From the IMG/VR virus record IMGVR_UViG_3300045125_000140, positions 25,214 through 89,213 of that record: a stretch of DNA of 64,000 bases; one strand, given 5' to 3'. Position numbers and translations under genes: made by a program. The stretch is from a virus. The notes under the pieces were generated by a model. It made no database searches, was not told the DNA's origin, and saw only the letters and a program-made list of their open reading frames with translations. Of this stretch, positions 39,622 to 50,164 are shown one piece after another. The stretch's first letter is position 1; each line of letters opens with the position of its first letter.

Positions 39622-39927
39622 ATGAACCGTAATCTGTTGAAGCGCGCCGTCAAGGCCGCTACCGCCCGCGCGGCGGAAGAGTTCTCGGAAAAGTTGTTCC
39701 AACTCAATCTTCAAGCCTTCACTCTCGGTCTTCGGATCGAGGTGGTCGAAGGTCCGAAGTCGTTGAAGCCGGTGCGCCACCGCCCCGGAACGTGGCGTGG
39801 GAAACTCGGCGAGCGTGTTGACGCTCGCGGGTACCACGTCACCAAGGCGCGGCTCGCATCGATCGCAAATGCCCGCAAGGTGCGGGCAGCTCGGCACGCC
39901 GCCCGCAAGGCGGCCATGAAGGGATAA
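39622..39927 (+). CDS. Basic hypothetical protein
   Basis: GGAGG RBS; Arg/Lys/Ala-rich. Confidence 0.65.
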   Translation: MNRNLLKRAVKAATARAAEEFSEKLFQLNLQAFTLGLRIEVVEGPKSLKPVRHRPGTWRGKLGERVDARGYHVTKARLASIANARKVRAARHAARKAAMKG

Positions 39928-39928
39928 T

Positions 39929-40381
39929 ATGTTATCCCCCGGGGATACGATGTACCAGCACCAGTACCCGGCAAGGGTACGGGGCGCTAAGGTGCATCTC
40001 ACTGGACAGACGGTTGTCATATCCGGTGATTGTGTCCCCAACTCGTCCGTAGTCCGTCACGCGGTTGTCATGGCGCGACGGTCTACGAGGAAGCAGGCCA
40101 AGCACGCCGCGGTCGTGTTCGACCGAGGGCGTGTGGTCTGCTCGGCGGTCAACGCCGATAAGACGCATCCGCGTGGAGCTGGGCCATATACCCGGCTTCA
40201 CGCGGAAGTGCGTGCCCTACTTAAAATTTTCCGTTATAGGAGTAATTTGAGTGGGCTGAAGTTATTGGTCGTTCGCGTGGACAACGACCAAAAGACACGG
40301 ACCAGCATGCCGTGTGTGGATTGCATCGCTTTAATTAAAAAGCTTGGAATCCAGGTTTGCTGGTCAGAAGGCGTGGAATAG
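39929..40381 (+). CDS. Cytidine/dCMP deaminase-fold protein
   Basis: KHAAVV, LHAEV and MPCVDC zinc-binding motifs. Confidence 0.8.
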   Translation: MLSPGDTMYQHQYPARVRGAKVHLTGQTVVISGDCVPNSSVVRHAVVMARRSTRKQAKHAAVVFDRGRVVCSAVNADKTHPRGAGPYTRLHAEVRALLKIFRYRSNLSGLKLLVVRVDNDQKTRTSMPCVDCIALIKKLGIQVCWSEGVE

Positions 40382-40518
40382 AGGGGATGAAAATCTACAC
40401 TGCAGATAGACAGATACGCTGACAGGCGTACCACGTCCTCCTGCACTCATCTCCCTCCTCCCGCCTGTTGGCGCGCGGGGCGCACACAAATGCGCCCCGC
40501 ACCTTTTTAGGAGGTACC

Positions 40519-40932
40519 ATGAACAAAGACAAATTAGACCTGATGTCGGATCCCGTTCGTCTGCTTGAAATGACCATGGATATCATGGCCAGCAAGTTAG
40601 CCGTAGAAATGGCTAAAACCCTAAAAGAAGTTCTGAACGACTACAAGATATTCGGGAGCGACCAAACGACTATGGAGTCTGACCCGAGAAAGAGCAAAGA
40701 GATTATGACGGAGGTACACTCCCGAATCTTGAAGTCGGAAGCTCACAAGGACATCAAAAAGATGTGGGACACCACTATCTCTGCAATTCAGCTTCTGGGA
40801 GAAACGCCGGAGTCGTTCGGGCTGTATTCCGCGCTGACCAAGAGAATCTTGGACGGCAAGGTGCCAAACATCAGTTTTCAGAGCGTTCAGAGCGAGGACC
40901 AGAGCTCGTCGTCGGAGTCTGGTAAGTCGTAA
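40519..40932 (+). CDS. Hypothetical protein
   Basis: AGGAGG RBS; helical. Confidence 0.65.
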   Translation: MNKDKLDLMSDPVRLLEMTMDIMASKLAVEMAKTLKEVLNDYKIFGSDQTTMESDPRKSKEIMTEVHSRILKSEAHKDIKKMWDTTISAIQLLGETPESFGLYSALTKRILDGKVPNISFQSVQSEDQSSSSESGKS

Positions 40933-41486
40933 GACGCGATGAGGCAGTCGGTTACGCAGAACTGGAGGTAATCAAAAATAACCTTCGGTACAAAACCGGC
41001 CGCCTCTATCTGCTTCTGCGCCGTGTACGCGTCTTGCTCAATCACAATTGTGGTTACGTCTTCGTCGAGATCGGCGCAGCACGTATACCACCACGAGCAG
41101 AGCTTATCTAAAAGGTCTTCCCGGCCAACAGGGATAAGTCGAACAGAATCGACGCAAAGGTTTTCGCGGCAAACGTGCTCGTAACCTTTTCCGTCTTCCG
41201 GAGTCCACAACAATCCAGACTTGTTGTGGTGCTCCGGAATGACGGCGTCGACGTACGACACTGCAGGAATTATATTCGAGTAATCGACCTTCTTAACCAG
41301 GAGGCGATAAACTCGATGGATGTTGAAGTCTTTATTTTTACTTGAAATACGTAGGAACGACATCAACTGATCCGACTCCACCGAGGAGGAGACGATCCGG
41401 TTCTTCGTATTAAATACTTGTTCCTGCGTGATTAGGGTCTGACTTTTCGGTCCCAGCGGCGTCGCGAAGTTTTCTGGATACATCAT
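40887..41486 (-). CDS. Hypothetical protein
   Basis: 199-aa ORF. Confidence 0.6.
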   Translation of the reverse strand: MMYPENFATPLGPKSQTLITQEQVFNTKNRIVSSSVESDQLMSFLRISSKNKDFNIHRVYRLLVKKVDYSNIIPAVSYVDAVIPEHHNKSGLLWTPEDGKGYEHVCRENLCVDSVRLIPVGREDLLDKLCSWWYTCCADLDEDVTTIVIEQDAYTAQKQIEAAGFVPKVIFDYLQFCVTDCLIASYDLPDSDDELWSSL

Positions 41487-41808
41487 CCGCCCCTACTGTA
41501 AATAGATCGGACAGCTTGCTGGAGTTCGGGATCTTGGAGATCTCTTCGGCCTCTTCTGGTGATCTGGGTACCAGAGCGGCAAGCTTTCCGGAGTCCGTAG
41601 TGTATACCACCGGGTTGAACGAAACCAAGTCCTGCACCCAACTATTTTGGCACCCGTCATCTCGGCACGTAAAGGAAAGCCGATTCTGAACGTGATGCGT
41701 CATGGCGCCGGACGGAAGAACTATTCTCGTTTGGCTAGTCACCGAGAATTCCCGGCAACCGCATTCAGGGCAGTCTGCGGGCCAGTTGGAAACCAATTTA
41801 TAAGACAT
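41410..41808 (-). CDS. Zinc-ribbon protein
   Basis: CPECG...CRDDGC; AGGAGGAGG RBS. Confidence 0.65.
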   Translation of the reverse strand: MSYKLVSNWPADCPECGCREFSVTSQTRIVLPSGAMTHHVQNRLSFTCRDDGCQNSWVQDLVSFNPVVYTTDSGKLAALVPRSPEEAEEISKIPNSSKLSDLFTVGADDVSRKLRDAAGTEKSDPNHAGTSI

Positions 41809-42187
41809 GCCTCCTCCTAATCGGCAACAAGACTTCTTAGAGTTTTCTCCAAGGAGTCTTTGTCTTTTTTGTGGCGACCAGCGCGCTCACGTGATAAAGC
41901 CACTGATTTTTAGTATGCTTTAACGAGATGAGTGTCGCCGCGCCCAGCTTGCTGTGGAACTCGCAAGAGAACGTGCCGTCCTCTCCGAACCTGATGGGGT
42001 CCGGAGCTGGGTCTTTAAAAACATCGAGCAGGCCAAGAACTAGTGCGTTACCTAGTTGAAGGCTGCCGGTGCAGGAGCAATCAAATTGGTAAGCCACGGT
42101 GTTATTTTCTTTAGACAACTGTGAAGGTGACCGGCGTCGAGGTTCCGCCACCAACTCCCCCGACGGACGGATTTTCTACGGTCATCA

Positions 42188-44699
42188 CTATAGAAGTTCC
42201 GACAGTGGCTTGTCAAGGTGTCTCGGAATAGTAAATGTTATTTGAGTGTCGCTCTGCGCCGATGGAGTAACTATCGTTACGGTTCCGCCGATGTCGAGGA
42301 GTACCGCAGTATCTGAATAGAAGCTGTACGACAAGCCTCCAGTAAGTGTTAAAGTTCTTGCGGTGCCTACCGGAATGGTTAAGTCGACCGGAGGAGTAAA
42401 CGTGGGAGCGTTTCTCACAACCGTGTAGGTAAATGCCGCAGAAGATCCGCCGCCGTTTCCGCCGATCGTGAAGTTTGAGATTACGACCTCGAACGTGTTT
42501 CCGACAGTAAAGGTGGCGGCTCCTGAAGCTATGCCGAAGTTTTCGATTGTCGGAATATATCCGGGCGCGCTTCCGACGGTGACCGACGGAGTTGAGGTCA
42601 CACCGTTCTTGGTTATTGCGGTTTGTCCGTCTATAAACGCATACTGCGTTGCGCCCGTAAACGTATCAACTTTGTTTATGCCTTGCTGGACATAAAGAGC
42701 GGATCCCGTCGGGACAGTGAAGTCTGGGGCAATATTAACAACGGTAAAGTTGACGGTCGCGGACGGGCCGTTGCTCGGTGATGGGTTAGTTACTATAAGC
42801 GCGAGAACATCTTCGGGCGTAGTTACGGACGCGGCTCCGACGGTAAACGTCAAGGTCGGGAGCGGGCCCGTGTCATCGAAGACGACGCCTGATGATAGTG
42901 TTGAACCGCCGAACGAGACCTCGACCCCGAGACGAACGAATACTCAGTAGTTCCTGTAAGGACAATTTCAACTTCCTCACCTACGTATAGGTAGCTGCGG
43001 TTAACACCATCAACTGTGTAGGTAAACGTCGGCTGAGGGTTGGCAACCTCGAAGTTAACGACGGAGGAGTCGCCACCGCCTGGGGACGGGTTCGTTACCT
43101 TAAGCGGAACGGTGGCCCCCGGTACGTCGGCCACCGAGTCGGGAATCGTAAAATCGAGCGTCGGTATGTAGTCCGGATCAGTGCCCGGTAAATAAGTTAC
43201 AGGGGTGATCTCTGTAGTGTCGTTTACGAACACCTGGCTCGTTGGGTAGAACGCAAAGCTGTTTGTTCCGGTAAGGGTGACCGCGAGGGTGCCGTCGAAC
43301 GGAATTATGAGGTCTTCGCCGGTAACCGGTTCGAAGTCCGGAACGGTGTGGATGACCGTTATGTTCTGAGGCGTAGACGAGCCGCCACCCGGAGACGGGT
43401 TCGTGACAACGATCGGGAGAGAGATTCCGACGGAGTTGGTGAACGTATCCGGTATGGTGAACTCGAGCGTCGGGGCAACGCCGGCCGTGAATACTACAGG
43501 CGTTATAGGATCACCGTCGACCGTAACTGTTGACGTGGGGTATAGGGAGAATTCGGTAGTTCCCGTAACGGTCACGAGTTCCGATTCGCCATGAACGATC
43601 TCGTCATCAGCCAGCGGTTCGAGCGTCGGCGGGGCATATACGACGTCGAAGGTGAGCGACGTGGTTCCACCGCGAGGCGCTGGGTTGGTAAGCACCATTT
43701 CGATTTCCGCTTCCGGTGTGCCGGTGAGGGTATCCGGAATCGTGAATTCAATGGTAGGAGGATTGCCTGCCGTAAACGTCGAAGGTACGACCGTCCCTTC
43801 GAGAGAGATGGTCGAATTGGGGTAAAGGAGTAGGTGGTGATACCGGTGAGGGTGACCACCTTGTCCGCGCCGTTCTCCACGTCGGTATCCGTGTATGTCT
43901 GGAATTCAGGTGGACGGTATCCGACAGTGAAGGTGGCTGGTTCCGACGTGCCGCCGCCTGGGCCTGGCGTCTCGACGGTAACAATAAAAGTCGACTCGAC
44001 AATAGCGGTGAGCGACGAAGGCACGGTGAACGTAAGGGTCGGCGGATTTGTTGCCGCGAATGTCGACGCGACTCTGTTTTGATTAATATAAACTTTAGAC
44101 GTGGGATATAGCGAATAAGGCTGTGTCCCGGTCAATGTTACAGAGGTCGTGCTGTTCTGTGCGACCGTCGGGTCCGCGATAGCGACGAAAGTCGGCGGAG
44201 CGTTGATCACGGCGACCGGCAATCTTGCGGAGTACGCGCCATCGGCGTTAACAACCGATATGTACATAGTCCGAACTTTGTCGAACGGGGCGTTACCGAC
44301 TCCTACGGAGATAGTGGCTGCGATTGAAGTGGCGCTGGTGTACGTCGTTGTTGGTGAGAGCGTCTGCTCTACTCCAGTGCTGTCTAAGTAATAGACGCGG
44401 ACGGCGCTTGAGCTGGCGAAACCCGTTCCGGTTATCGTGAACGTTACGGAGGTGCCTCTGACGTAGGCGTGGGAGACCTGGGCAGAATATGTGTAGAACG
44501 AAGTAATTGTCGGTATGGCCGGAAGTGCGGCTATCGAAGCCTCAAGCCCCGCGATGACCTGCTGGACTACGGCGATCTCGGCGGTTAGCTCATTCACACG
44601 GGCAATAAGCTCAGCGCGCTGCGCGACCAGCGTATCTAATTGTGCGTTCTTTTGAAACAGCGCCTGCTGAAGGGTGCCGTATGTTGCGTTTCCAGCCAT
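42188..44699 (-). CDS. Ig-like/IPT repeat virion surface protein (~830 aa), split by indels into three ORFs
   Basis: N-terminal coiled coil, then ~7 Thr/Val-rich repeats with LTGT...YSFYPTS and VTNPSPGGG. Confidence 0.7.
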
Positions 44700-44741
44700 G
44701 GGTACCTCAGATATATTATACCCGGCTGGTCTTCTTTTTAC

Positions 44742-44996
44742 CTAAATTACCGTCAGCTTGTCGTCAGCAAGGGAAACAAATAGCTGAGTTCCCGGCCACT
44801 GAAATGGGGAGACTCCGTAGGTCTCGCTCTGATTCAGGGTAACAAACATGTTGCGGCTTAATTTAAGCAGCCCGCCCGTCTGACCCCACGGACCGAATAA
44901 AAATAGAGTCCCTGGAGGGTTATCTGGGGAGAATGGGCCGCCGGCCCAGGTATCCGGCTCGAGCCGGAGAACTTCCTTAAATTCGAACTTAGTCAT
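44742..44996 (-). CDS. Hypothetical protein
   Basis: 84 aa coupled to the sigma gene. Confidence 0.6.
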   Translation of the reverse strand: MTKFEFKEVLRLEPDTWAGGPFSPDNPPGTLFLFGPWGQTGGLLKLSRNMFVTLNQSETYGVSPFQWPGTQLFVSLADDKLTVI

Positions 44997-45715
44997 CTGG
45001 CTTGCTGTAGTTTCTTGGCGAGGTCTCGTTTAATTGAATAAACCTTGTCCTGCGTCAGACCGGTCTTATGGCATATATCGCTAACGCTGTCAAGTCTGGG
45101 TTTGCCGTGAGCTCCGAGAGAATAGTCAAATACCAGCTGCTCTTGGGGAGTCAGGACAAAATAGATGAATTCGAGGCTATCTTTAAATCGATCATTTACG
45201 GCGCCGACCTGATCGAAGGTCATACCGGAGGAGGAGAGCTCCTTGCGGCTGATGGCTTTCTCCAGCTCCGTAGCGTCGGAAACTGATATGTGGAGCGCCT
45301 CAGCCATCTCGGTGGGAGTAGGCTCCCGGTCTTTCTCGGTCTTAAGGATTTCTTTAGTTGCTACGTATCGGCTCAACATAAGGAATCTATGTTCTGGAAT
45401 TCTAGCTACGTTCTTAGTCTGATTTACGAATCTCGATAAACGTAAATTAGACTCTAGGAACGTTCTAAAGTTAGCGTCACTTGAAGGGTCATATCTATCG
45501 ATAACGCCTTTAAAGATCTTGATGGCCTGAGCCTTTATAACAGACTGAGGTACGGGAGCGGAAGAGTAGGCTTGAGATTTTTTCGTAATGAGGTCGTGGT
45601 GGCGCTCGAGCAGCTGATTAAATGCGTGATCGTCGCCCCGCTTTGCTTTGGTCACCAAGTCCTTATCCGGAGATAGGCCCATGGCCTTCATTAGGTTTGG
45701 TTGGTCAGGAATCAT
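44993..45715 (-). CDS. Sigma-70 family factor (group-3-like), probably the late sigma
   Basis: AKRGDDHAFNQLL, IDRYDPS..NFRTF, ARIPE, REPTPTEMAEAL and region-4 LTPQEQLV. Confidence 0.85.
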   Translation of the reverse strand: MIPDQPNLMKAMGLSPDKDLVTKAKRGDDHAFNQLLERHHDLITKKSQAYSSAPVPQSVIKAQAIKIFKGVIDRYDPSSDANFRTFLESNLRLSRFVNQTKNVARIPEHRFLMLSRYVATKEILKTEKDREPTPTEMAEALHISVSDATELEKAISRKELSSSGMTFDQVGAVNDRFKDSLEFIYFVLTPQEQLVFDYSLGAHGKPRLDSVSDICHKTGLTQDKVYSIKRDLAKKLQQAR

Positions 45716-46374
45716 TTGGATACCTTATTCAGATAAGCGGCGGCGCCGGCAGCTACGGCCGAAGAGGCGGCCTCGATCACGTAGGTGTTGAATGCGGCGG
45801 ATAGGATCTTGTTTGCGCGTTCAAGCTCCTCACCACTCAGTTTACCTTCTAGAAAACTCTTAGCTTTGGCGCTAGCTAGGTGCTCGGACACCAGTACAGG
45901 GACGTGGCCGAATAAGGACACCAGAGTAGCGGCGATGGGCATTCCCTCTACCGCGAGAACTGAGGACACCGCTTGGGAGACGGCGGGGGCGGTATTATAT
46001 AAGTCGCCGGTGTGCCATGCGCCGTCTTTTAAATATGAGGCGTGGGCCAGCTCGTGCAACCGAACAACCGGATCGTCGATTGCGCCGCCCTTGGCGCCCT
46101 GAACAGTTATCACCTTCTTGCCGTCCTTTTCGACAGCGAAGGTTGCTGGTGATCCGCCCTTCTTAAGATACTTAAGTTCCACGTCACCTAAATCGTGGTG
46201 GTGCTTGAACTCGTCCATGAGTCGGTCGGCAAGTTTAGGATTAATGTTTTGATAACCTAAAACCCTAGCGAGCTCTCGGCTGCTGGCGAAGCCTCCGAGT
46301 TTGTTGAATAGGAATACCGAACCTACGAAGGTAAGTAGGTTCTTGGCGGTATCGCTGAGCGGTTTCTCGATCAT
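45712..46374 (-). CDS. Zinc metallopeptidase (HExxH), membrane-associated
   Basis: LHELAHA, downstream EHLASAKA and LSAAFNTY. Confidence 0.7.
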   Translation of the reverse strand: MIEKPLSDTAKNLLTFVGSVFLFNKLGGFASSRELARVLGYQNINPKLADRLMDEFKHHHDLGDVELKYLKKGGSPATFAVEKDGKKVITVQGAKGGAIDDPVVRLHELAHASYLKDGAWHTGDLYNTAPAVSQAVSSVLAVEGMPIAATLVSLFGHVPVLVSEHLASAKAKSFLEGKLSGEELERANKILSAAFNTYVIEAASSAVAAGAAAYLNKVSK

Positions 46375-48869
46375 CCCTTGATACTCATGTTGCCAAAGCT
46401 ACGGAGTGAATACTGCCGGACCAGCTCCTGGCGATATGAGCTGGTCAATTGCTTAGTTATTACGTGTTTAAATTCAGACGCTATCGCTATGCCTCTACGC
46501 TCTTTTACGAGCGGGTCTTCGCTGAGTCCGGCGATCGATCGGCCGTCTACTAATCGGCATATTATGGAATTGTCAAACTGGTAATTTTTAGATTTTGCGG
46601 CCTGAGTGATTTGGGCCGGAACCATACGCTGGAACTTAGCTCCGTTGAACGGGCTTTCCGAGTTAAGAACCGGAGAGAACCCGTTTGCTCTAAGATAGTT
46701 CTCGAGAGTTTGCGCGGATCGTCTGTGGAACGACTGCTCTACCCAAGAAGTCACGTCTTCTCCGCTAAGTACCTGCTGATCCCATGAGGGGCTGACCGCG
46801 TCGAAGGAGGTGTCCGAGGGGGCGTACTTTCGGGCGCCGTCGAATACGCGCGCAAGCACCTTGAGCAGCTCAAGATAGTTCCGTGCGGAAGACTTGGAGT
46901 CGGTAGCGTCGGCTATCTTTATGCCCTTACCGTAAGCTTCAGATGAATAGAACTTCTGGCACCCAAGGAGCTGCTCGTAGAGTTTGTCGAGGCGCTGTGG
47001 GCTGGTGTAAGTAAATTCGGCCGACGGAGGCGGAGCTGGAAATTGATAATAGTCCAGGTCCTCGACTCGTTTGAACTTAAAGACCGTAGAGCTCTCGAAC
47101 GTGTAATCCAATGGGGCGAGCTCTCTAACCTGCGAAAGCTGCATTACGGTGCGCTCATCGCCTCCCGCGGAGATGGACGTCTCGGTCTTCTCCAACTTTC
47201 CTATATAGCAGGCATCTTTGTCAAATATGACGCAGGAGAATCCAGGAACAGCCCAACGCAAGCCGCGGCAAACCACGTTCAGCTGTCTCGTGTACATGTC
47301 TATGGTGTGACGGAATTTTAGATATTGCTGATTGAAGTCGAATATTTGTTTATCGTATGCTTTCTGTGCCTGCTGTCTGGCTCCAGCCTCGACGCTTTCA
47401 AGGAGTGGGGTTATAAAGTCCTGCCGGATCGCCGGACGTAATGGAGTAGCTTTCGTCAAATCGCCAAGTTTAGCACTGGCCGACGCCGCCGTCTTTCCTA
47501 TAGAGAGGAGCGCGGCAAAGGTAGAGTTTTTAAAGTTCTGATCTGCGGACGCGTACTCATCAAAGAATGCTCGCGCCGCCGCAAAGTAGAACTCGGGGCC
47601 GGGATCTACGGAGTTAAGAACAACTCCTCTCGTCAGCTCGTCGTCAGATAACGCTTTAAGTATATTAAGGTTATCGAACATTTCGAGGTTGAAGTCCGAG
47701 TCCATGCCGACTGTGGGTGTTCGTAACTCCCCGGTATTGCTGGGGAGCATGTTCCCCATGAACGCGTTTATAGACTGCTCAAGATCGTCAGTGCTCTTAT
47801 AAGATTGAAAAACAATCGTCTGATTAGAAGGTAAGCCGCCTCGAAGGGTCATCAAAGATCTAGTAGGTTCCTGATCAAAGTCTCGAGAGAAGGACAGCGA
47901 TGTTATCGAATCAGGAAATATTAAATTGCATGGAGGGGGAGGCAGGTAGTACGTTTCGGGAAGTACTAAGAAATCATTTCTTGTGAGATTGGTAGAGATC
48001 GCCCCTGGCGGGACCAGCATGGCTCTGAAGCTGTCTTCACTCAAAAGCTCAGTCTGCCCGGAACCGTTGGTCTGAGCAGATCCCGGGCATGTTGTTGAAT
48101 ACAGCGAATACCCAAATCGATTTAAAAAAGAAATAAGTATTTCAAGTAGCGGAGGTGTTTGACGACGCGCTCTGTTCTGTGTCGACCGCAAGTTGCTGCA
48201 GCGTTTCAACCCTAACGACCGTCTCCAAAGAAGCGTCGGTCATGCACGCAAATTTATCCAGAAGGCGTGTCCTATTAGCTTCGTTCTTGCACGCGCCGTT
48301 GGCGGAAATGAGCAGAGACGTCAGCGACATGATCAAAAGGGATAAATCAGTATCTGTTCTATTTGGGATAGAGCCGCGTTTAAATTTACTCTGATCCGTA
48401 GGAAAAATTAGAGCTAAGAACTCAGAAACGGGCGTACGCTCTTGCGCATTTGGAGTTGATATGTATGTCGAGGACGATATGTCGGCGATGACGTCGTCGG
48501 ACATTCGAGATATGTTTCCTTTTTATGTCTAATTAGGGTATCCAGGTGTCCTCTAAAAGATAGCGATGTGTTGCGTTGATCGGCAGATTTAGATGTCGAT
48601 ATCTCGTATACCGAGCCTTCTGCAAATAGGACGTAATCACGCTCGATGACGTCGGACTGCTGCTGTTTCTTAGGCGCGGCTCGATCTCTAAAGAATATTG
48701 CTATCGCGGCATATGGAGAAAGCCCCATGAGAAGCAGGCTAGATTGAACCTCTACCGAGCCGCTTAATTCTCCGTTCTTTCCGGAAGAGACGTTTATAGA
48801 GATGAACGGGATCTCCACTCCCTCCAGGAACACCTTCCAGTCATTTGATTGAAATACCGTGTTTCTCAT
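46371..48869 (-). CDS. Baseplate hub/tail-like protein (~830 aa), split by indels into three ORFs
   Basis: WKVFLEGVEIPFISINVS, PPPCNLIFPD and WAVPGFSCVIFD; located downstream of the tape-measure-like gene. Confidence 0.6.
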
Positions 48870-49591
48870 CGGGACGGCTTCGCGTTCTTCTCGGCCTCTG
48901 TTGGTGGTTTAGCTTTATCAGAGATTTTCTGAATCGGCGTGTGCTGATACGGAGTGGAGATGTTGGTGCAGACGAACGATAGCACGTGGGTCGTTATATT
49001 CGGGCGGTCGGCCCGAATCTCTGACGTCCGGGACACGAACCCTCCGGTGCATCGTATTCCATCCACCACCACCTCAGCGGACCCACCTGTGTAGGCAAGA
49101 TACGAGACTCTAGCAGAGTCGTAAAATTCAACAAATAAATCTGGGAGATTTGGATTTACCGAAGTAGGTATCGAGTATTGAGTGTTGGTGCTGCTTAAAG
49201 TCCCTCGAGCGTTTTTAGGGAGATCTATTTTAACGGGCGAGTCGTTGATGCTAAGTAACGGAATATATCCCGCGATCTCCAGCATCGATATTGCAGGTCC
49301 GTTGTTTACGAGCTTTTCGCCGTCCTGGGTAATGAATTGTTGTATTTTGATTCCGAGCGAAAAATTTACCGTCTCCGCGCAGAACCATGGGAAGTACGCC
49401 ACCAACGATCCTGAATTCGAGAATACTCTAAATTGAATCGGCTCTTGATCGGAGTCCTTTAGAAGTCCGGATCCGTACTCCGTGTTTCTAAATGGACCAT
49501 CCGCGGCAGCCGACTCTCCCGTATATTGGACTTTACTAAGTCGGGATGACCCGTCTCGGAGTTTTGTAAGCCGATAGTTATTACGTGACAT
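48866..49591 (-). CDS. Putative tail/baseplate protein
   Basis: 241 aa in the tail module. Confidence 0.55.
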   Translation of the reverse strand: MSRNNYRLTKLRDGSSRLSKVQYTGESAAADGPFRNTEYGSGLLKDSDQEPIQFRVFSNSGSLVAYFPWFCAETVNFSLGIKIQQFITQDGEKLVNNGPAISMLEIAGYIPLLSINDSPVKIDLPKNARGTLSSTNTQYSIPTSVNPNLPDLFVEFYDSARVSYLAYTGGSAEVVVDGIRCTGGFVSRTSEIRADRPNITTHVLSFVCTNISTPYQHTPIQKISDKAKPPTEAEKNAKPSR

Positions 49592-50162
49592 CTGTTACAA
49601 ATATCCCAAATGAGATAGACAAGACGCCCGGAAGTTGGGCGTCCGCGCCTATCTGGCACGTGGTTACGTGACCTTTAACCGTTTTCTTTAGATACGATAA
49701 TCTGGTTTCGTAACGAGTGATCTGTGTTTGGTCTGATGCGGTGGCGTCGGAGCTGAAGTACGTCTTCCACGCGTCGACCCAACGACTGAATGTTTTATTG
49801 AGGGAGTCTTGGGCGAGAAGATACCCGGTGTAGGAGTAGTTTCTAAACAGACGCCCGCTACCTCCAACGGACTCTCCGCCGCCACCCGACGTGGTCACGA
49901 TCGTAGGTCCTAGCGTGTAAACTGGGTTGTTTCTCTCTTCGTCCGCTTCTCGTATGGAGACGATAATAAAATCGTCGAGAGCAAATAATAAAGTTTGATT
50001 GGTGCCTTCTTTAATTTCCCACACGGACAACGCCGCATGAGCCTCGTCAGGTATCTGCGTTCGTGAAAAGAGCTGCGCCTTAGCATCGGACAGTGCGGTA
50101 TTTTTATAATCCGAAACTATCGTCTTGGCGGATGCTTTGTTTATTATGTCCTCTGCGGCCAT
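49581..50162 (-). CDS. Putative tail-tube-initiator-like protein
   Basis: 193 aa with DFIIVSIREADEER and YSYTGYLL; position after the tape-measure-like gene. Confidence 0.5.
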   Translation of the reverse strand: MAAEDIINKASAKTIVSDYKNTALSDAKAQLFSRTQIPDEAHAALSVWEIKEGTNQTLLFALDDFIIVSIREADEERNNPVYTLGPTIVTTSGGGGESVGGSGRLFRNYSYTGYLLAQDSLNKTFSRWVDAWKTYFSSDATASDQTQITRYETRLSYLKKTVKGHVTTCQIGADAQLPGVLSISFGIFVTDVT

Positions 50163-50164
50163 GG

